DNA from: Lama glama | Taxonomy: Eukaryota | Assembly: GCA_028534125.1 (NCBI GenBank) | Contig: CM052816.1 | Location: 14,634,001-14,698,000, forward strand | Reading direction: 5' to 3' | Length of the DNA: 64,000 nucleotides | Translations under genes and position numbers: made by a program | Part shown: one piece after another, positions 12,500 through 24,060 of the stretch | Position numbering within the stretch: position 1 is the first letter of the stretch | Layout of the letters: every line of letters begins with the position of its first letter | Notes under the pieces: generated by a model | Told to the model about the DNA's origin: nothing | What the model saw: only the letters and a program-made list of their open reading frames with translations | Database searches by the model: none

Positions 12500-13059
12500 T
12501 GAGGCGGGAAGCCCCATAAAAAGACCGGCAGGACCCCTAGGCAGGGCCGCTGCTCTCCTCCCAGCACCGTCCGGTTCCCTGGCCGGGAAGCTCTATCTCA
12601 CTTTCTGCCTCTAAAGCGGCTAACTTACACCTAAAATTCTATTGGTTCCCTGAGCTCATTTCTGATTGGTTATTTCCTTCACTCCTGATTGGTTATTACT
12701 CTCACTTCTGATTGGTCCACTTCCCTAAGTTCTGATTGGTCCGTTTGTAGTACTTCATTTGCATGGACTCACTCCTGATTGGTTATTTCTCTCACTCCTG
12801 ATTGGTCTATTTCTACAAAGCTTGTTCCTGGTTGGTCAACTTCTGTTATACTTTATTTGCATATGATGTTGCAAAGTGTAAACCTGGCAGCCTGTAAAAG
12901 GCCTGTGTAAACCTACAGATGGGTTCCAGAGCTTGAAGTGTTGAATTTTTCGTTCCCGCTGGCGTAATAAATCTGAAATATCCAGCTTTTTGAGTGCTGG
13001 TCTCTCACCTGGATCCAGGTTGCTGTCACAACTGAGCTGTAACACATTTTTTCGCAACA
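12500..13059 (+). mobile_element. Solo LTR, ERV1-like
   Basis: TG...CA ends; perfect 4-bp TSD TCAG (12496-12499, 13060-13063); tandem CTGATTGG boxes; TATA-like TGTAAAAG (12893); AATAAA (12966-12971). Confidence 0.85.
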
Positions 13060-13063
13060 TCAG

Positions 13064-14760
13064 ATTTTCTGTTCCCAGCTGATAGACAGGGACAGGACTT
13101 GGGTCTGGTTCACAGAGGGTCAGTAGGATATGCTGGTGAGAGCTGGAGGTGGACTGCAGCCACATTATGGCCCTCTCAGGGAGACCCTAAAGGACATTGG
13201 AGAAGGGAAGTCCCACCCCATGTGCAAAGCTTCAAGCAGCAGACTTGGTCATCTGCTTCGTCCAGAAGAAGAGATGGACTGAGGTGTGGATTGTCTGACT
13301 CCTGGGAAGTAGTCAGTGTCTTGGCTGCTTGGTCAGGACCCTGAAAGGACCAAAACCAAGATCAGTGACAAAGAGGACTAGGACCAGCGAGGCCGATGGA
13401 CAGACATCTGGGAGTGGACAGCAAGTGTGCAAATTTCCAATCTCGGGTGAACACCCTGCAGGGCATCCACTGCAAAGAGGCTCTCAATCAGGCAAACAGA
13501 ATGATTCATCGGGCGGGTGATCTCTTCCTGTCCACCCCAAATGCCTGTACTATTGCCCAGAGGCTCCCCTCACCAAGGCTGAGTTGGTTCTACCACTCTG
13601 AGGCCTCAACCCAGCTACTGTGAGACCTACCCCAAATGCATAGTATGGCTCTTCCTCAGAAGACCAGCCAAGCACCTGGTGGCAGGTGGATTGCACTGAA
13701 CCCCTTCCTTCCACCCTGGAGGGGACAGTGATTCATCCTTACTGGAACCAGTGTGTGCTCGGGATTTGGGCTTGTCTTCCTTGTCCACAGAGCCTCCACA
13801 GAGCCAAGAAGGTAAAATGATGGGGTTATCTAAGGCTTTTACACTTTCAGATCTTAACGTTTAGCTCTTTGATGTGTTTGTTTTAATTTGGGGGGAAAGC
13901 AATTAGGTTTATTTACTTACTTAACAGGGAAACTGGGGATTGAACCCAGGACCCTGTGCATGCTAAGAATACACTCTACCACTGAGCTATACCCTTGCTC
14001 TCTTTGCTCCATTTTGAGTTAATGTTTTTATATATAGTATGAGGTAATCATGAGATGATCAGCAGATTCATTGCTGTTACTCACTTGTACCTCATCACCC
14101 ACCAGCAGTCAACTTGGCAGATCAGCCGGGCAGCCTGTTGAATGTTCAGAAGATGCCGGCAGAGGTACGACACCGTGGGTTTGGGTCCTGACCTTTTTGA
14201 CAGGGTGTTGGGTTTGAATAGCACTGTGTTTCCTCTATCTTGAAATGTCAGGTCCCAGAATCATTGTGGGAGCGGCAGTGGCCCATCTCACTGTCAGATT
14301 TGCATAACTTTTGCTTCCTCTCCTCCGGACTTCAGGCTGTGCCAGTTAGTGGTCCTGGTTCCTAGGGAGGGAGAACTTACACCAGGAAACACAGTAGTGT
14401 TTCCACTAAACTGAAAGCTCTGACTGCCTCCTGGCCACCTGAAGCTCCTCATGCCAGGGGGCCAATAGCAAACCAGGGCATTACTGTGCTGGTCAAGGTC
14501 ACTGATCCTGATTGCTGGGAGGAAGCAGGGCTGCAGATAGGACTGCATGTAGATACAATGAAGGCAGGGCAGGGTGTATCTGCACCCAGCCAGGGGATTG
14601 AAGGGGCAGCTCTTAGTACCTCCCACCCAGTGCTAATTGACCACCTCAATGGTGACAATCCCCAAAGGGCAGACAAGCAAAGAATCAGACCTTTCCGGGA
14701 TGAAAGTCTGTATGAGCTCATCAGGCAAGTGGCCCCGATCTGCAGAGGGCTAGCTGAGGG
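13064..14760 (+). mobile_element. Decayed ERV-L (class III) internal region: RNase H, integrase and dUTPase remnants
   Basis: Interrupted translations resemble ERV-L pol: WVWFTEG (~13100), SDSWEVVSVLAAWSGP (~13295), WQVDCTEPLP..FILTG..GFGLVF (~13680), and dUTPase PGNTVVFPLN*KL*LPPGH..GITVLVKVTDPD (~14380-14515). Many stops and frameshifts. Confidence 0.75.
13880..13998 (-). mobile_element. tRNA-Ala-derived camelid-type SINE (vic-1-like)
   Basis: Reverse complement reads GGGTATAGCTCAGTGGTAGAGTGTATTCTTAGCATGCACAGGGTCCTGGGTTCAATCCCCAG plus an AAACCTAATT tail. Confidence 0.8.
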
Positions 14761-16698
14761 TCAGAGGAGGAGGGAGATAGCAGTGGTACTGGGACTCAGG
14801 GGACCCGTGGCTTGCTTCGTATCTTCTTGCCTGTATCTTCCTTGGGATCCCAGCCAGCGCTATCTTGAAGGGGACTTGTTTACAGCGGACTGTACCTCCC
14901 TGGTTGAGGAAAAAGCTTTATTCTCGTGGGGAAAAGAAGGAGGCCCCGTGTTGTGGTGTGGAAGTCGTATATAACAGAGGACATGAATGCATCTCTGCAG
15001 CTCGGTGGGACCAAACTGAGACGCAGACGTTTCTTCTCAAACGCCTTGCCAGCTTCCTTTCTCTGACACTGGTCCTCCACTTTCAGGCTTAGACGAAGCG
15101 CCACATCGCACAGTGTGGGATTCTGAGTGCCAGCAGGGGCTTGGTAACCAAGCCCAGAAGCTTGGGGTGCAACTAGAAGCCCGGGGATAGGTTGTGGGTG
15201 GGAGCTATGGGCAACTCCAAGGAGTGCTTCCTCTTCACAGTCTTCTGGAGAAGCCTGACCGTGTGCTGAGCCCTGCAGCGTCTCTCTGTGGCTGGTTGGA
15301 AGTGCAGCCAGGACAGCAGGGTTTTGCACCACTTGGCCTCATATCTTCCTTCCCCCCAACCCACCCCATTTCCCTTTGCCTCACCCTCAGTCTCTTGGCT
15401 TTCGCCTGAATCCTGGCCACACCACAAGCTCTGCTTCTAGAGGACCTAAGATGAGGAGGGTCAGAACTATCTCCCTCTTGCGTCCCACACCGTGGTCACT
15501 TCCAGAGCCTGAGTCTAACCACTCCAGCCCTGCTGCTCCTGAAGCCAAAGAAATGGAGACCTCAGGGAGACAGGAACCAACCACTGACTTCCCAGAAGGG
15601 AACAGAGAAGGTGGACATTGGAGAGATGAAGGAGGAGAGGGCAGGCAGGGACAGGAAGGGGAGCAGAGAGTAGAACGTTAAGCCCAGTGAAAGTTGCCTC
15701 TTGTAAAAGAGTCTATGCGGGGAGTTTTGGGGAAGGAGTGGCTGGGTCCTGGAGATGAGAAGGAAGGACAGTATTTCCTCCCCGCGTTTAGACATACACT
15801 TCCCCACAGGGCTGTGCATGAGCTCCTCTGAGCCCTGTCAGACCTCCATATTCTTGAGTAGGGGCAGCGTGTGACTGCGAACAGTGAAAATAGCAGGAGT
15901 AGGTGGATGGTGTTAGAGGCAGGAGGCAGGTAGAAGGTCCAGAGCAGCAAACAGTGACCACTCCCTCTTCCAGTGCCAGGAGGCCAAGAGGAGCTAGACT
16001 GGGACTGAGTGACCTCCCTCCTAGCCTAGGTCTCCACCCCACTTTGGCGACTCCAAAACCCCCAGTTCAGAAATACTGCAGGTCCATGGCACCAGCCCAC
16101 TTCCTGAGCACAGCCTCACACTACGATGCAGTTGTGTGGCCCAAGAGGGACTGTCCCAGTGGCAGTCTGGTGGTTTTCAGGGAGGCAGGGCAGGAGGAAG
16201 TTCAGGCAGAGACTGAGAGACCAAGCATCCCTAATGTCACCCCTGCCCCATCCTGCCTTTCACTGCCCTGCCTTTCTTTAGATGTGTGGGAAGTGCACCA
16301 GGCATGGGGGCAGAAGTGGAGGGAGCTGGCTTAAAACTGGGTTCCACTCAGAATATAGCCAAAAATTATAGTAACTCTAAATGGAGTATAATGTTTACAC
16401 CTGTAACTTCTATCATATTGTACATCAACTATACTTCATTTTTTTTTTAAAAAAAGAACTGTGTTCTGCTAGTTCCTGGCATCTTCCCAGTCATTCTTCC
16501 ACCTCCAGGCAAGACCCCACTTTTTTACATTTTCAAGGCAGAAAGAGGGGCAGGGTAGACAAGGGACCTGAACCTCCAGCAGCCCTGCATGCCTGGGACA
16601 CATAATGGGACCGGAGGGGTCATCTATGATAGAGTGGATATTTTTCTAAGGAGGGGTGCACAACTGTCATCAGACTCTTATAAAAGTTTAAGATTTGC

Positions 16699-16893
16699 CT
16701 GTGCTGCCCAATATGGTAGCCATTGGCTACAAGTGGCTATATAAGTTTAAATTAATTCAATAAAATAAAATCAGTTAGCTTCTCCAGCCACATTTCAACG
16801 TCTCAGTGGCCGCATGTGACTAGTGGCTATCATGTTGGACAGCACAGATGTAGGACGTGTCCATTTTTGCAGAAAGTTCTACTAGACAGCACT
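16699..16893. mobile_element. MER3-like hAT-Charlie DNA transposon
   Basis: GCTGCCCAATATGGTAGCC...CATGTGACTAGTGGCTA...CAGAAAGTTCTACTAGACAGCACTG end. Confidence 0.7.
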
Positions 16894-16911
16894 GCCCATT
16901 AACTTCTTAAC

Positions 16912-17213
16912 GTTTCTTCCAGCCCTATTGAGGTATAGTTGACAAAACCTGTATGAATTTCAAGAATACACTGTGATGATTTTATGTATATATTTTTTAT
17001 TTATATATTATATACATGTGTGTGTGTATATATATATATAGAGAGAGAGAGCGTGTGAAATGATGACCACAAAGATGTTAACACATCCATCACCTCATAT
17101 AGTTACCTTTTTTTGTGTGTGTGACAAGAACATTAAAGATCTACTCCCTTGGCAGACTTCAAGTATGCAGTACAGTATTGTTAAATAGAGTCACATGCTG
17201 GACATTAGATCCC
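16912..17213 (-). mobile_element. L1M 3'-end fragment with embedded (TA)/(TG)/(GA) microsatellite
   Basis: TATTGAGGTATAGTTGACAAAA...ACATCCATCACCTCATATAGTTAC...ACATTAGATC, typical of L1MA/MB 3'UTR. Confidence 0.7.
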
Positions 17214-18072
17214 TGCCGATTAACTTCAGACGCAGGGAAGCTGAGACCTACCTAGGGGGAAAGTGGTCCAAGACCCCAAGGGGAGTCAGCAGGAGCCAGG
17301 CTGCAGTTTAGGGGGTGGGGATGGGGGAAGGGAGGTGTTCTGTGTCTGTTCTTCTCGGTTCTCCCAGGGCTGCCCCAGCCCTCCAGGATAAAGGAGACTT
17401 AGATGCCTGGATCTCCCTCCCCTCCCCCAGGATGACCTCAGCCTCACAAAAATGTGAGAAGGGCACGGGGAGGGGACTGCGTAGAGGGAAGCAGGAGGGG
17501 AGTGTGTGGGGTGGGGATGGCAGTCCTCAGGCAGGAGAAACAGGGAAGGGAGGGCTGTGCTGGGCCTGACCAGTTGCCTGCAGCCAGATTCCTCCAAATG
17601 GAAGGATGAACCCATCACCTCCTGTTTAAACTCTTCTTGAAATGGAGACCAAATCCCAACCAAGAATAACAAGGGTCTGCATGGCCTGGCCCCTGAGATC
17701 GCTTAATCTCTGGTGGCCCAGTCCCTTTGCTCTGACTCTTATTCACCTGGCTTGCTCCCCTCTGGGGACCTTTGCGGTTGTGGGTTGTGGCTCCTCCACC
17801 TCGAGGACCCTCCCTCCCACCCCCAGTGCACTCCAGATGAACAGTCTTTCTGATGTCAGCTTAAGCACAGCTTTCTGGAAAGGCTTTCCCAGACCCCACT
17901 CCCTAATCCCTGGCCAGGTCAGCTTCCTCTATTCCATGTTCTTGCAGCGCTTCCCTTCAGAACACTCATTTTGGTTTGTAATTACACATTTATTTGGGGG
18001 TTCTTTGGTAAATATCTCACTCCCCTAGTACACCACCCTCTCCACTGTCTGTTTCTGCTCATAGTTGTATCT

Positions 18073-18754
18073 TGTTGGGAAAGGGGACATTTCCCCCTCT
18101 ACTCTCTTGAGCTCTTGTGGCTGGAGTGCAAATAAAATTGACACAAGGCAGACTAACAGGAAAAAAGAAATTTCAATTCATGCACGTGGAGGTCCCATAG
18201 AAATGGGATGTAAGTGGCCAAAGCTGGCAGCTTTTATTCTTTTTAGACAAAGAAACAATACATTTGGGAGGAACTGACAGAACAAAGAAACTTAGGTTTT
18301 AGGTGCCCAATTAGTGAGGAATCTAAACAGAGCTTGGGGTAGTAGATTAAAGAAGTAACAAGGTTTGTTTATATACACTTACCGACCTGAATTCCCTATC
18401 TTTGGCGATAAGGGTTTCCTTCTACCTCCAGGTGCAGGGAGGGCACCTTTCACAGGAGAGATTTATTTCCTGCTTTCAGGGAGACAGAAAAGAGAATCAC
18501 GGTGTCCCATGGGCTTTGGCTGTTTCTTAAATCACTTTAACTCAAAATAATCAATATGTGGGTGAAGGGATGGGTCTAGCTCAGTGGCAGAGCACATGCT
18601 TATCATACATGAGGTCCTGCGTTCAATGTCCAGTACCTCCATTCAAATAAGTATGTAATTTAATCACCTCCTCTGCAAAAAAAACACCAGAAAACCAAAA
18701 TAGTCAAGGTGCCACTGAGGCACATTGTGGGGTGGCCTACCCTAGGCCCCAACA
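18073..18754. mobile_element. Solo LTR, ERV1-like, inserted into an L2 3' end
   Basis: 7-bp inverted termini TGTTGGG...CCCAACA; perfect 4-bp TSD ATCT (18069-18072, 18755-18758). Confidence 0.85.
18560..18696 (+). mobile_element. tRNA-Ala-derived camelid-type SINE nested in the LTR
   Basis: TAGCTCAGTGGCAGAGCACATGCTTATCATACATGAGGTCCTGCGTTCAATG, A-rich tail, TSD-like AAAATAATCAA/AAAATAGTCAA. Confidence 0.8.
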
Positions 18755-19314
18755 ATCTCCATACCCTTGAGCAGTGGTTGGTCCATAAGAGATGCTGAAT
18801 AAAAATATGAGCAATATCTAAACAAAATTACAAGAAAATAAATGAAGTGATGAAAATTATGAGAAATAAATGAAACGATCCAATGGGAATGTTCCTTCCT
18901 GCAAGGAACATGCGCCTCAGAGCCTACTCCCACCTTGCTGGCTCAAATGTGGGTGATGATTGTGCCTTCTCCCCGCCAGAAGGGGTCAGCAAGGGAAGGA
19001 GGGAGGCCTGGACGTTTCTGGAGACAATGGGGGTGATCTGGAGTCACAGGGGTGACAGGGAATTGGATGAGGAATAACAAAATTGGTGGAACTGACAAGA
19101 TAACAGGGGGGACCGGGGACCTTGGGGAATCCTAGAAAATTAGGACGAGTGCAACGTGGTCTAATTTGACAATAGGATGCCATGGGATGATTGATTAAAA
19201 CAAGATCGTGGGATGTACTAGGGCGATGAGGTAACAGGCAAGCTGGTTGTATCCTAGAGTCAGTCACGTGGAAGTAACTGGTGAAAACAGTAACAAAGGT
19301 GGACATGTGCACTG

Positions 19315-19500
19315 AGCCCTCTGTGTTTCAGGCCCTATACTCATACTATCCATATATGTGAGTGGATGAATCTCCACAACATCCCTGTGAGGTAGGCACT
19401 GTTACTATCTCCACTTTACAGAAAAGGAAACTGAGATTTAAGTAACTTGCTCAGGTCACACAGCTGGTAGAGGTGGGGTCGGGATTTGACTTCAGAAACT
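19315..19500 (-). mobile_element. MIR SINE
   Basis: CCTGTGAGGTAGG...TTTACAGAAAAGGAAACTGAGA..AAGTAACTTGCTCAGGTCACACAGCT. Confidence 0.7.
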
Positions 19501-21364
19501 GTGCTCTTGGTTACGACACCGTGCTTTCTCCTTCCAGTGAGCAACATGCCCTCCTGAGTGATCAGGGCTCTAGCGGTCTGTGATTTGGGTGGGGAAGGGG
19601 AGGGGTGGAGAGAAGCTCCAAAAGGGGTATTGGAAAAATTCCTTTCCACACCCCCCCCCCACACTCCCCACCCCCACCTCCACCCCCGTTGCTTGGTTCT
19701 GCCTCTTCCTCACTAGTGCCCCTTTGTCCCATATTAGGGTTAAGATTTACTAATGTCACATTCATTCTTTCTCCCCTCCCTGAAAAATACCAGAGAGGCT
19801 AAATCAAACTGCACATGGGAGAGAGAAAGACAGGGCTGACTGTGAGGTGGTCTTTGGGGAAATGGGATATCAAGGAGTCAGAAGTTCCAGACAACTGAGG
19901 TTTGTAAGCCACACAGAAGTGTTGCTGTAAGTTATAAGGTCTTTTGAGAGATGAAGCATTGGAGAACCTGTTCGTTATTTTTGGTTTCTGGACTCTACCT
20001 TATCATTAAACTCTGATTATTATTAAACTGTACCTTATGGTTAAACTGTGTTATTTTTAAACACTGGGTCACATGAGTCCTGCAGCTTATGTTTGGATTA
20101 GACCAGAGCAGGCAGATCAGATGGTGATGGTCAGTAATGCAGTCTCTCTTGCCAGGGTGAACTGGTGGGGATCCAGGTTTAAGATTTCGAGAAATTCCTT
20201 TCCTAGTACCTTTTGCACACCTGGCCCTGCAGGAGCCGCAGACGATACCCCACAAGGAAAGGCAGCTCAGCTCAGAGTACCAGCCATGGCTGTCCTTGGA
20301 GTAAAGTGAGTTTCCTTGATGTAGGTGATCTTGCTGTTGGTGATATTCAAGGAGGTCTGGCTAAGGAGCAGGGATCCAAGACACCTCCTTAGCCAGAGAA
20401 GGCTGTCTGGGAAAGAGCCTGTTCCTGGGGCACTAAGCACTGACCCAGTCTCACTGTCACATCTATGAGCTGATTCACCCTGCACACTACTGTCCACCCC
20501 CACGCCTCTCTTCTCCTAGGATGCCTTCAACTTCTTCAGGACATTCTGTGACCACTCTCTGCCAGTTTTTCAGATCAACAGCCCTCCCCTTGTCCAAATC
20601 ATCTTGGGAGGTGTAGAGTTGACTTGGTGCTCTACCCCATTCTCAAGTATTCAGAGAAAAGATCAACCCCAGAACTCCATGCTCTTCTTTCTTGATGTCC
20701 CTTCTGCCCCTCCATGAGGGGCCCGGGCTGCCGTTTGTTTACTCCATGTGCACCTGTGCCCTCACACCAGACCTGGTCAGTGCTCTCCTGGAGGCCTGGA
20801 GGAGGGCAGAGGACAGCCTCAACCCCTGGATTCCTGGACTGCAGCACCGTGGAGTGAGTTCAGGGAAAGATCCATGGTCCCCAAGCTTGGGGCTTCAGCC
20901 TCTGTCTTCTGGAGCCTAGGATGCCTCTGTTCCCTGCCTTTGTTCTCACGCATCTCTGTCTTGGCCTGATTCTGCCCATAAGAAGGCTAAGAGTGGAAGA
21001 GGTGGTTGGGAAGGAAAGACCTGCACCTCACTGGCCCGAGCCCACAGCCCAGGGACACACCCTCTTCCAGCTCCCAGTGACTCTAGAATTAGAGTTCTCT
21101 TTGCCTCACTGTGCCCAGGCTACAGGAATCCCCTGAGTCTGCCCTGTCCCCTCAGTGACAGATTATGGGACTCAGTTAGAGCAGGGAGACCTCAGAAGGA
21201 GTTTAGAGAAACTGAGAAGGACAGCCAGCGAGAAAGAGAGAAGGAAGCTACTGCCCCAGGGCCAGTGGATCCACCTGCCGCAAAGAGTTGATCCAGAGAG
21301 GGAAGTGGGGTCAGAGACGGAGCTGGGTCTCATTCTCTGTGGCTCTGCCCTGACCCTCTGACTC

Positions 21365-21830
21365 AGCTGTCCTTAACTCAAAGTCACTGAACTTGAATGG
21401 GGAAAAAATTATGTTATTTTCACTAAACTCTAGCTGAAATTTAGAGTTCAGCTTCATAACTTCAGTTATGACAGTAGCAACAAACCAGTCATATTAGCCA
21501 TAACTATGGCTTTGTCACCAATAGAAAGCATATTTTTTTGTATCCTACTACAATATTGCAGATATTTTGAAATATCTTTTGTGTTCATCACTTCTTCAAA
21601 ATTATATGAGATATCAGCCTACTGCTAGATCTTATTTAAAGCATTAATTAAAAAGCGCATATATTACTACATATCTTAAAGTAATTTTATAACTATATTA
21701 CAATCTTAATTCGTTTCCTTTGTAATCCTACTTTTTTCACTTCACGCATTTTTAAAACATCATTCTGAGACCAAGTCCATAGGCTTTATCAGATCGCAAA
21801 AGGGGAACCTGACATAAGAAAGTTCAGAAT
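21365..21830. mobile_element. Old AT-rich DNA transposon remnant (hAT-Charlie-like)
   Basis: Abrupt AT-rich block in a GC-rich region with Charlie-like end sequence; family not certain. Confidence 0.4.
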
Positions 21831-21904
21831 TCATGCATCTGGCCTCTGACCAGGATTCCCAGTACCCATCCTTGCAAGCTCCCTGTGCCTCAGCTCCCTT
21901 CTCT

Positions 21905-22330
21905 ACACTGGGTTTTCTGTCTCCTCCAATAAGAAACTGCCAAGGCAGGATGAAAGATGCAAGGATTTGATTCAGGGAAAGGCCTGTGAGAGAGGAAGTG
22001 AGCCGGAGCAGGGAGACCTCTGAAGGAGAGAGGGAAGGAGGGAAGTTTGGGAGGAAGCATCCTAGATCACTTACGCAGTAGAAGAGTTCGGCGATGCCAT
22101 GGGGGAATTCTCTAGTCAACATCAGCTGTCAGAGGAGCCCCTTATCTCCCAGAAATAGGCCTGCCTTAGAATCTTTGCTGGGCTTGGTCACTGGCTGAGA
22201 GCAGCCCAGTGGAAAGCTGGCCTTAGCGGCGTAGGAACTGATGGATTTCAGGGGGAAGCAGCTGAGACCCTTGGTCAGTTTTCATGCCTTGTAGTTGGAG
22301 GTCTGTGAGGAGCGTTCTCCTGGCCTTTCA
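21905..22330. mobile_element. LTR16-like ERVL LTR
   Basis: GATGCAAGGATTT...AGGCCTGTGAGAG...GAAGCATCCTAGA...GGCCTGCCTTAG...GTCACTGGCTGAGAGCAGCCC resembles the LTR16 family. Confidence 0.55.
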
Positions 22331-23499
22331 GTTACCCATCCAGAAAAAGAACATCCAGAAAAATGTAAAATGGAGGTGATAAAATTCCCTATCTTAAGGG
22401 TTATTGTGAAAATTAATGGAACTTTACAGAGCAGTGTTTGCAGCGGGCCCAGGACATGGCCAGCTCTCCAGAATTGGTAGCCATTGCCATGGCTATTTTA
22501 AGTATGAACTGTTATCTTTCTCTTTCTCAGATAGAAGGGCTCCTAGAGGCTGAAAATGGCAGTCCCTTTCCAAGCTGGGGCAGCTGGGAGAGGTGTGGAC
22601 CACTTCCCCACGTCCCCCTTGCCTTCCCCTGAGGCAGGGGTCTTCCCCTAGCTACTGACAGTTCCTGTGTCTGCTGACTCACAGCCAACTTCCTCTCATA
22701 CAAACAGGAAAGCACAGCCGGCCAGCGGGTGCCCCCTCCCAACCCCCAACACCACACACAGCTGAAGGCCAGCCCAGCTCGGAGGGGGAAGTGCCTCTGG
22801 CTCTGGGGACAGGCTCCAAGGCTAGAGTTCCCAGCATGATTAGGAGAAGGGAGAGGAGTCATTTCTCCTCAGGTACTCCACTCCCCGAACAAAAAATTGC
22901 AGTAGGAGGATGGGAAGAAGAGGCTTCACCGAAGGATGAGAAAGCTGCTTGCTGGGTCGCCGCTCTGCAGAGCACCAGCCTTATCCTCGGAAAGGCAGCC
23001 CCATATTGTGGTTTGGGACCTGAGCTGTTGCCCTGCTGACCTTCATCCCCAGGAGGAAATCTAGGCCAGGCCCCCTAGGGGAGGGAGAAGTAGTCAGGAC
23101 TCCTCTGCTGGGCTTCTGCACCTTTCCCCCAGGTCTGACCACTGGACTCCAGAAGGGTCCCCAGTTTGGAAGACTGGCTTATCCTTGACTTCTGGATGCC
23201 AGCTTCTGTCTCCCACATTAACTGGGTACCAGAGTCTAGCCACCCTGCTGGGCGTGGGAGAGGTGCCCTGGGAGCTCAGGACCCTACCCTTCTCCCCTCC
23301 CCTTTTGGCCGGACGGGAGGGAACAGCCAGAAGAATGCAAAGCTGTCCCCAGAAGCGCTCTCTCTCAGGCTCTACCCCTGTCCCCATCTCCTCTGGTCTC
23401 TGCCTCTTTGTCCCTCTAAAGCTGTCTCCGCTTCCAACCCTGTTCCGGTCCTCCCCCCTTTCTTGGCCCCTAAAGAGGCAGAGCTAGCCAAGCCCCGAG

Positions 23500-24060
23500 A
23501 TAAGCGCAGCGGTTGGGTAAGGAGCCCAAACCATTTGAAGGCCGTCGCTTGCACAAGGAGTGGCCGGGGCCCCGCGGAGGGAACCGGCGGGCGGGGCGGG
23601 GCTGGGCCCCGTCGGGGGAGGGCAGAGGGGAGGCGGGGCCGGCGCAGCGGACCCGGAGCCTCGGACAGCGCGGCGGGCACCGGGGAGCGGACGGCGGCCG
23701 CGTACTGAGGTGAGGACCCCCGCGCCCCGGGGCCCCCGGCCTCCCAGACTCCTCCCCGTCGTCTCTTGGAGGACCTTCGCGGGTTCCCCGGCCCGCTCCG
23801 CCTCGGCGGCCCTCCCCTCTCCCCCTCCTCGCCGCGACCCGCCCCTCCCTCCGGTTGCCGGCCTCTGCCCCCTCCCTCCTTGCCCCCTCCCTCGTCGCAG
23901 CCCGTGCTGCCCGGCGCTGCCCGGCCCGCCCCCCGCGCTCCTGCCCCGCGCACCTCCTAGTTCCCAGTCCCGTGCCCTCGGGTCGGGCCTGAGTCACCGG
24001 GAAACTGGGCTCTGAGTCAGGGCCTAGCTTGGGGAGGGGGCCCGGCCGCAGAGAGGCGGA
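23500..24060 (+). promoter_or_regulatory. ARAP3 CpG-island promoter
   Basis: Very GC- and CpG-rich, with GGGGCGGGG/GAGGCGGGG Sp/KLF boxes at ~23594 and ~23630; surrounds exon 1. Confidence 0.85.
23640..23709 (+). other. ARAP3: ARAP3 non-coding first exon (5' end approximate)
   Basis: Lies in the CpG island downstream of GC boxes and ends at a strong donor GAG|GTGAGG (23709/23710). Matching acceptor CCCCCCAG| at 25307, 17 nt before the start ATG. Confidence 0.7.

Noticed and set aside
12640..12835. Regularly spaced CTGATTGG repeats resembling a CRISPR-like array
   Set aside because: The spacers resemble each other and lie inside a TG...CA LTR with a TSD; this is a U3 tandem CCAAT array in a eukaryotic genome.
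14486..14974. 162-aa ORF as a domesticated retroviral dUTPase
   Set aside because: GTG start, only the end of the dUTPase remnant is in this frame, and the upstream part has stops and a frameshift.
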